Virus record (IMG/VR): IMGVR_UViG_3300039156_000048 | Coordinates: 37,756 to 101,755 of that record | Length of the DNA stretch: 64,000 nt | Source: a virus | Taxonomy: Duplodnaviria > Caudoviricetes | Direction: 5' to 3' (one strand) | Shown here: in pieces, positions 60,200 through 64,000 of the stretch | Layout of the letters: every line of letters starts with the position of its first letter | How positions within the stretch are numbered: the first letter of the stretch is position 1 | Made by a program: the position numbers and the translations under genes | Notes under the pieces: model-generated | Seen by the model: the letters and a program-made list of their open reading frames with translations, nothing else | Told to the model about the DNA's origin: nothing | Databases searched by the model: none

Positions 60200-60478
60200 T
60201 CAGCATTGAAAGGTGTTTTCTGGATTTCCTCTGTAGATATAGACGGGAAGTTCCTTATAGAACATTGGTGGATCCGGGAATGGGTCTGCTGAACGCTTGA
60301 CTCGAGTATCCCAGTCTACAAGCACCATAATATGGGCCATATCCGTTGAAACCGGATACTGATAATTCTTATCGTATGGCTTGAGAAGGTCGCTGAATTC
60401 CATCATGACCTTTTCATCGGGAACCCAGACATTGATTTTTCTGTCGAGGAATTGTTGAATCATTTCATCTTCTGTCAT
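60200..60478 (-). CDS. Hypothetical protein, FxC-tailed (ends NTFQC); paralog of 60490-60831
   Basis: AGGAG RBS before MTEDEM; shared MIQ.FLD.KIN.W.P and LPVYIY.G. Confidence 0.7.
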   Translation of the reverse strand: MTEDEMIQQFLDRKINVWVPDEKVMMEFSDLLKPYDKNYQYPVSTDMAHIMVLVDWDTRVKRSADPFPDPPMFYKELPVYIYRGNPENTFQC

Positions 60479-60489
60479 TTTTTCTCCTT

Positions 60490-60831
60490 TCAGCATTGGA
60501 ATATGTCTTCTCGTTTCCCCATATAGATATAAACTGGAAGACCGCTGTAAGATTTCAGTGGGGGGAAGAGTTCCTCTGAACATTTGATGTAGTCACTATA
60601 TTTGTTATAGAGGAGAATGTTGGATTTTCTGCCTTTGACTTGAGCTTCGTATCCAGGAACGCCAAAACCCCTTCCGTAGGGAAGGCAGAATTTGTCGATC
60701 AGGAGCATAACCTGTTCATTGGGTGTCCAGATGTTGATTTTCTTGTCAAGGAAAAGCTGGATCATCGTTTCCGTATCGGGAATGTCATATGGAACCGAGC
60801 GGTTGTGCAGTTCAATCTCTAAGAGTGTCAT
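60490..60831 (-). CDS. Hypothetical protein, FxC-tailed (ends DIFQC)
   Basis: GGAGG RBS; GAC ATA TTC CAA TGC TGA. Confidence 0.7.
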   Translation of the reverse strand: MTLLEIELHNRSVPYDIPDTETMIQLFLDKKINIWTPNEQVMLLIDKFCLPYGRGFGVPGYEAQVKGRKSNILLYNKYSDYIKCSEELFPPLKSYSGLPVYIYMGKREDIFQC

Positions 60832-60841
60832 GGTAACCTCC

Positions 60842-61162
60842 TTATCTTATGAATGTGGGAGCTTCTTCAAGTGGTTGCCCCCATTTGAGCAGGGCAATCT
60901 TAACAAAAGCATAATAACCGGCAACTTTATTGTCCCTTTGTTGGATAAGTGCTTCTTCAAATGTTGGATAAACGCCAAGCACATTATAATTGGCACAATC
61001 ATCTCCTTCGGTGTCAAAATTATAAGCAATAAAAATATCAAAGTCGCTTGTATCCGCTTCGATGATTATGTTCAAATCATCATCTGTGAATTTGAAGGAG
61101 AACTCCTTGCCATTTTTGCTTGAAAAACAGTCTGTACTATGCTTCCGCCGATAAATCTTCAT
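60842..61162 (-). CDS. Hypothetical protein, paralog of 61182-61499 (ends PTFIR)
   Basis: Shared MKIY...DFD.F...VLG.Y.TFEEA...IALL.WGQ.L. Confidence 0.7.
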   Translation of the reverse strand: MKIYRRKHSTDCFSSKNGKEFSFKFTDDDLNIIIEADTSDFDIFIAYNFDTEGDDCANYNVLGVYPTFEEALIQQRDNKVAGYYAFVKIALLKWGQPLEEAPTFIR

Positions 61163-61181
61163 AAATTCTCCTTTATTTGCC

Positions 61182-61499
61182 TTATCTTACAAACTGGGGG
61201 CACCCTGCAAGTTCCTGCCCCCAGTTGAGTAGGGCGATTCTTGCAAGGAAATATTCGTCACGGATACTGAGATTTTCATTCTCCTGTCGGGCATAAGCTT
61301 CCTCAAATGTCGTATAGATACCCAACACCTTGATTGGTTCTCCCACAAATTCTTCATAACGACCAAAAACAAGAAAGACATCAAAATCATCCGTATTTAT
61401 CTCACTTATATTGTTATGATAGTCAGGGTGAAAGGTTATCCATTCGTCTTCTTTGTTGGAATAATAATCATCACGTTCATTTATACTATAAATCTTCAT
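61182..61499 (-). CDS. Hypothetical protein, paralog of 60842-61162 (ends PQFVR)
   Basis: Tandem duplication with near-identical RBS region (TAAATCTTCATAAATTCTCCTTTATTT). Confidence 0.7.
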   Translation of the reverse strand: MKIYSINERDDYYSNKEDEWITFHPDYHNNISEINTDDFDVFLVFGRYEEFVGEPIKVLGIYTTFEEAYARQENENLSIRDEYFLARIALLNWGQELAGCPQFVR

Positions 61500-61517
61500 A
61501 AATTCTCCTTTATTTAC

Positions 61518-61540
61518 CTAACATTATGTCACTAATGTCA
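61518..61540. promoter_or_regulatory. Palindromic site copy 6 (CTAACATTA-tgtcac-TAATGTCA)
   Basis: Exact consensus, intergenic. Confidence 0.7.
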
Positions 61541-61546
61541 TGTTCG

Positions 61547-61864
61547 TCAGCAACGGAAGAAGAAGGTTTCAATTGGACCCGGAGTCAATTTCTTGAAGGT
61601 ATAAAGCGGCCTATTATCGCTTCCGTCTGTGATATCGCAAGTGTCTTCATCCACCCAGGTCATCCTAAGCGGCGGTGGCATCCACATTCTCCCCCGGATG
61701 ATGTTCTCAAACCTTAATTCAAGAGACGCAAGGGAAGCTATCGCTTCTATCATGCAAACAACCCTTCCGGGAAGAAGCTGGGTCTTTATTCTTTCCCAAT
61801 TTCCGTCGTCATTCCGTCCAGGCTGGATTGCGTACAGGTCGAACACAAGACTATCGTCGAACAC
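61547..61864 (-). CDS. Hypothetical protein, FxC-tailed (ends FFFRC)
   Basis: GGAGG RBS; TTC TTC TTC CGT TGC TGA. Confidence 0.65.
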   Translation of the reverse strand: MFDDSLVFDLYAIQPGRNDDGNWERIKTQLLPGRVVCMIEAIASLASLELRFENIIRGRMWMPPPLRMTWVDEDTCDITDGSDNRPLYTFKKLTPGPIETFFFRC

Positions 61865-61882
61865 TTAGATTCGCCTCCTTTT

Positions 61883-62218
61883 TTACGACAGTGCTTTCTC
61901 TATTGCTAAGATAATATCTTCACAAATCTCTTTAACGGGCCTCCCTGCGAGGACATCAGCAAATATCATCTGGGAATTATAAGGGGGTGTATTTATTTCC
62001 CATAATACCCCATCGGTATCCACCGTGATTTCACATATCGGAACTCCATTCTTTTTCTCTCGGCCACAGATTCTAACACCGTCTGTCTCATAAAATTCCT
62101 CAGAGTCAACCCACGGAAATTTTTGAGAAAGGGATAGAAATTCACAGATTGCTTCCGCACAATCTCTCCAGTTTGCAATAGCAATATAAGTTTCAACCTT
62201 TATATCTTCTGTTTTCAT
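61883..62218 (-). CDS. Hypothetical protein
   Basis: AGGAG RBS, in operon. Confidence 0.55.
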   Translation of the reverse strand: MKTEDIKVETYIAIANWRDCAEAICEFLSLSQKFPWVDSEEFYETDGVRICGREKKNGVPICEITVDTDGVLWEINTPPYNSQMIFADVLAGRPVKEICEDIILAIEKALS

Positions 62219-62227
62219 ACTTCTCCT

Positions 62228-63439
62228 TTAGTCCCCAGACGCTTTGAAGTTGTAGATCGGGGTAAGGCGCTCGATCATGGTCGCCGTGTCCTTGATAGCG
62301 TCCATGATGCTCTCCATAGGCTTGTAGGCCATCGGCGCTTCATCAAGAGTCTCCGCGTTGACAGTTGTCGAATACACATCTTTCATTGTTTCTTTGAATT
62401 CCTCAACGGATAGGCCGCGTCTTGCCTGACCTCTGGACATCAACCGGCCTGCCCCGTGAGGAGCCGACTGGTTCCAGTCATCATTCCCCTTGCCGACACA
62501 CAGCAAGGATCCGTCCCGCATGTTCATGGGAATAAGGATGCTCTCACCATCCTTGGCGGAGATTGCGCCTTTCCGGAGGGTCCTGTCATCATCGATATAA
62601 TTGTGAACCGTGTGAAAATTGAGGTTCGGACTGTCCCAGTTCATCTTGTTCAGCAGGATGGTTGCGATCTTCTTCCGATTCATCTTCGCCCAATGTTGGG
62701 CAATCCTCATGTCATGCAGATAATTCTCCATATCCTGCCCTTCTAGGTAAGCAAGCTGATCGGGGATGGTGGGGGAGCAGGCTTTTATATTCCGAATCAT
62801 GAGAGGGATTTCACTTTGCCTGCCTTCGTCCTTCATCTGTTTTGCAAGCGCCTTGATATCAACCTGGCTTTTCTCCTTCATCCTTGAGATGGCAAGGTTC
62901 TGATAGTGGGTGGCAACCTGCACCCCCAGGTTCCGTGAACCGGTGTGGATGACCAGATACAAAGTACCCTCAGCTCCTTTGTTTATCTCGATAAAATGAT
63001 TGCCGCCGCCGAGCGTGCCAAGCGAGTTGAGGATTCGGTCTTGGTTTTTGACATATCGCCAACAATTCAGATTCAAAAGCGTTGCCGTTTGCGTGGGATA
63101 GTCGAACGGAGAGCTATGAACATTGAATCCAGCGGGGATGTTATAGTGGACAACTCCGTCAAATTCTTTCATGTCAAATTCCCCTTCATGAACCGTCAGC
63201 GGGACTGTCATCATACCGCATCCAATGTCAACACCAACTAGGTTTGGGCAGACTTTATCCCGGATCTTCATCGTTGTCCCGATGACGCAACCTGCCCCGG
63301 CATGGACGTCTGGCATAATCCGAATGTTTGCATCCTCCGCAAAGGGCTGGTTGAGTAGTTCCTTGATTTGTTCAACGGCAGTCTCTTCGACCAGTTCCGT
63401 ATAGACCTTTGCTTTTCCGTATTTACCTTCAAGAATCAT
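62228..63439 (-). CDS. rtcB: RtcB-family RNA ligase
   Basis: MPDVH.G.G..IG, GVDIGCGM, LGGGNHFIE, HTGSR, HNY, RKGA, HGAGR, DEAP.AYK. Confidence 0.95.
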   Translation of the reverse strand: MILEGKYGKAKVYTELVEETAVEQIKELLNQPFAEDANIRIMPDVHAGAGCVIGTTMKIRDKVCPNLVGVDIGCGMMTVPLTVHEGEFDMKEFDGVVHYNIPAGFNVHSSPFDYPTQTATLLNLNCWRYVKNQDRILNSLGTLGGGNHFIEINKGAEGTLYLVIHTGSRNLGVQVATHYQNLAISRMKEKSQVDIKALAKQMKDEGRQSEIPLMIRNIKACSPTIPDQLAYLEGQDMENYLHDMRIAQHWAKMNRKKIATILLNKMNWDSPNLNFHTVHNYIDDDRTLRKGAISAKDGESILIPMNMRDGSLLCVGKGNDDWNQSAPHGAGRLMSRGQARRGLSVEEFKETMKDVYSTTVNAETLDEAPMAYKPMESIMDAIKDTATMIERLTPIYNFKASGD

Positions 63440-63469
63440 AGCTGTTTGTTTTCTCCTTTTGTTATTGTG

Positions 63470-63736
63470 TCAGCACTGGAACACTTCGCCAGGTTTGTCC
63501 GCCAGCAGGATCAGTGAGTCCTCATGCCAGTTGAAGGGAATGTCTTTCAACCGATGATAAAACTTTGTGTTATTCCAATTCCGCTGTACAGAATCAGGTA
63601 TCGGGTCAACACGCGTGACGGTTGCTTCCATCCCAGCATAGTCGAGCATGGAGTCAACGATATTTGTACACTGCCATAATTCCGCATGACTCCGTATGCG
63701 GACAACATCACCCACCCGAAGTTCACGCTGTTGCAT
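63470..63736 (-). CDS. KOW/SH3-like small protein, FxC-tailed (ends EVFQC)
   Basis: L.VGD.V.I...M..YAG....V; GAA GTG TTC CAG TGC TGA. Confidence 0.7.
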   Translation of the reverse strand: MQQRELRVGDVVRIRSHAELWQCTNIVDSMLDYAGMEATVTRVDPIPDSVQRNWNNTKFYHRLKDIPFNWHEDSLILLADKPGEVFQC

Positions 63737-63755
63737 TTATCAACACCCCCCTTTT

Positions 63756-63998
63756 TTAACACTTGAACACATCAGTAGGGTCAAATACCAACCCGTCTTC
63801 GTACCAATAATAGCAACCATTGTCAATATCGAGTTTGACGGAGAAACTTATACGCTTCCCAGTCCATCTTGTGCTATCCCTTGACAGAACACTCACAACT
63901 CTCCCTTGTCTCCCCGCGTATTTGACCATATCTTCGTCAATATCATAGCATCCTTCCAAATCATTCTTGATTTGAATAATATCTCCAACTTTCAACAT
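63756..63998 (-). CDS. KOW/SH3-like small protein, FxC-tailed (ends DVFKC); paralog of 63470-63736
   Basis: LKVGD..I...M.KYAG..G.V...W.ED.L; GAT GTG TTC AAG TGT TAA. Confidence 0.7.
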   Translation of the reverse strand: MLKVGDIIQIKNDLEGCYDIDEDMVKYAGRQGRVVSVLSRDSTRWTGKRISFSVKLDIDNGCYYWYEDGLVFDPTDVFKC

Positions 63999-64000
63999 AT

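Noticed and set aside
47059-63998. FxC ending as a DNA repeat, or as recoded or selenocysteine TGA readthrough
   Set aside because: Synonymous codons vary and all three stop codons are used, usually followed directly by the next RBS

Overview
This is a 64-kb segment of a large, probably temperate tailed phage (siphovirus-like) of a Gram-positive host, inferred from AGGAG(G) ribosome-binding sites, a sigmaA-type promoter and Firmicutes-like proteins. The + strand (1-16.9 kb) carries late genes. These are the tape-measure C-terminus, distal tail protein, Tal/tail fibre, a diversity-generating retroelement (target gene with VR, TR and RT, no obvious avd), a second fibre/deacetylase module, and a lysis cassette with an amidase+SpoIID+SH3 endolysin. 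At about 17-18.2 kb sit a 5' tRNA-Thr fragment inside nested inverted repeats (attP-like) and a tyrosine integrase. The - strand (18.2-64 kb) carries replication and early genes: RuvC, class II RNR, two RNA ligases, RemA, DnaE, a PD-(D/E)XK nuclease, an MTase, primase-helicase, a sigma-like factor, SSB, Sak, a second tyrosine recombinase, PcfJ, an M28-like peptidase and many small ORFs. The most striking unexplained pattern is that 14 mostly unrelated small early genes between 47 and 64 kb all end in [D/E]-x-F-x-C-stop, with free synonymous codon use, which suggests a shared C-terminal protein tag. A second pattern is a palindromic site, CTAACATTA-N6-TAATGTCA, found six times in intergenic DNA; it brackets the DGR cassette and the adjacent module. 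All family assignments come from motif recognition by eye; no searches were run.
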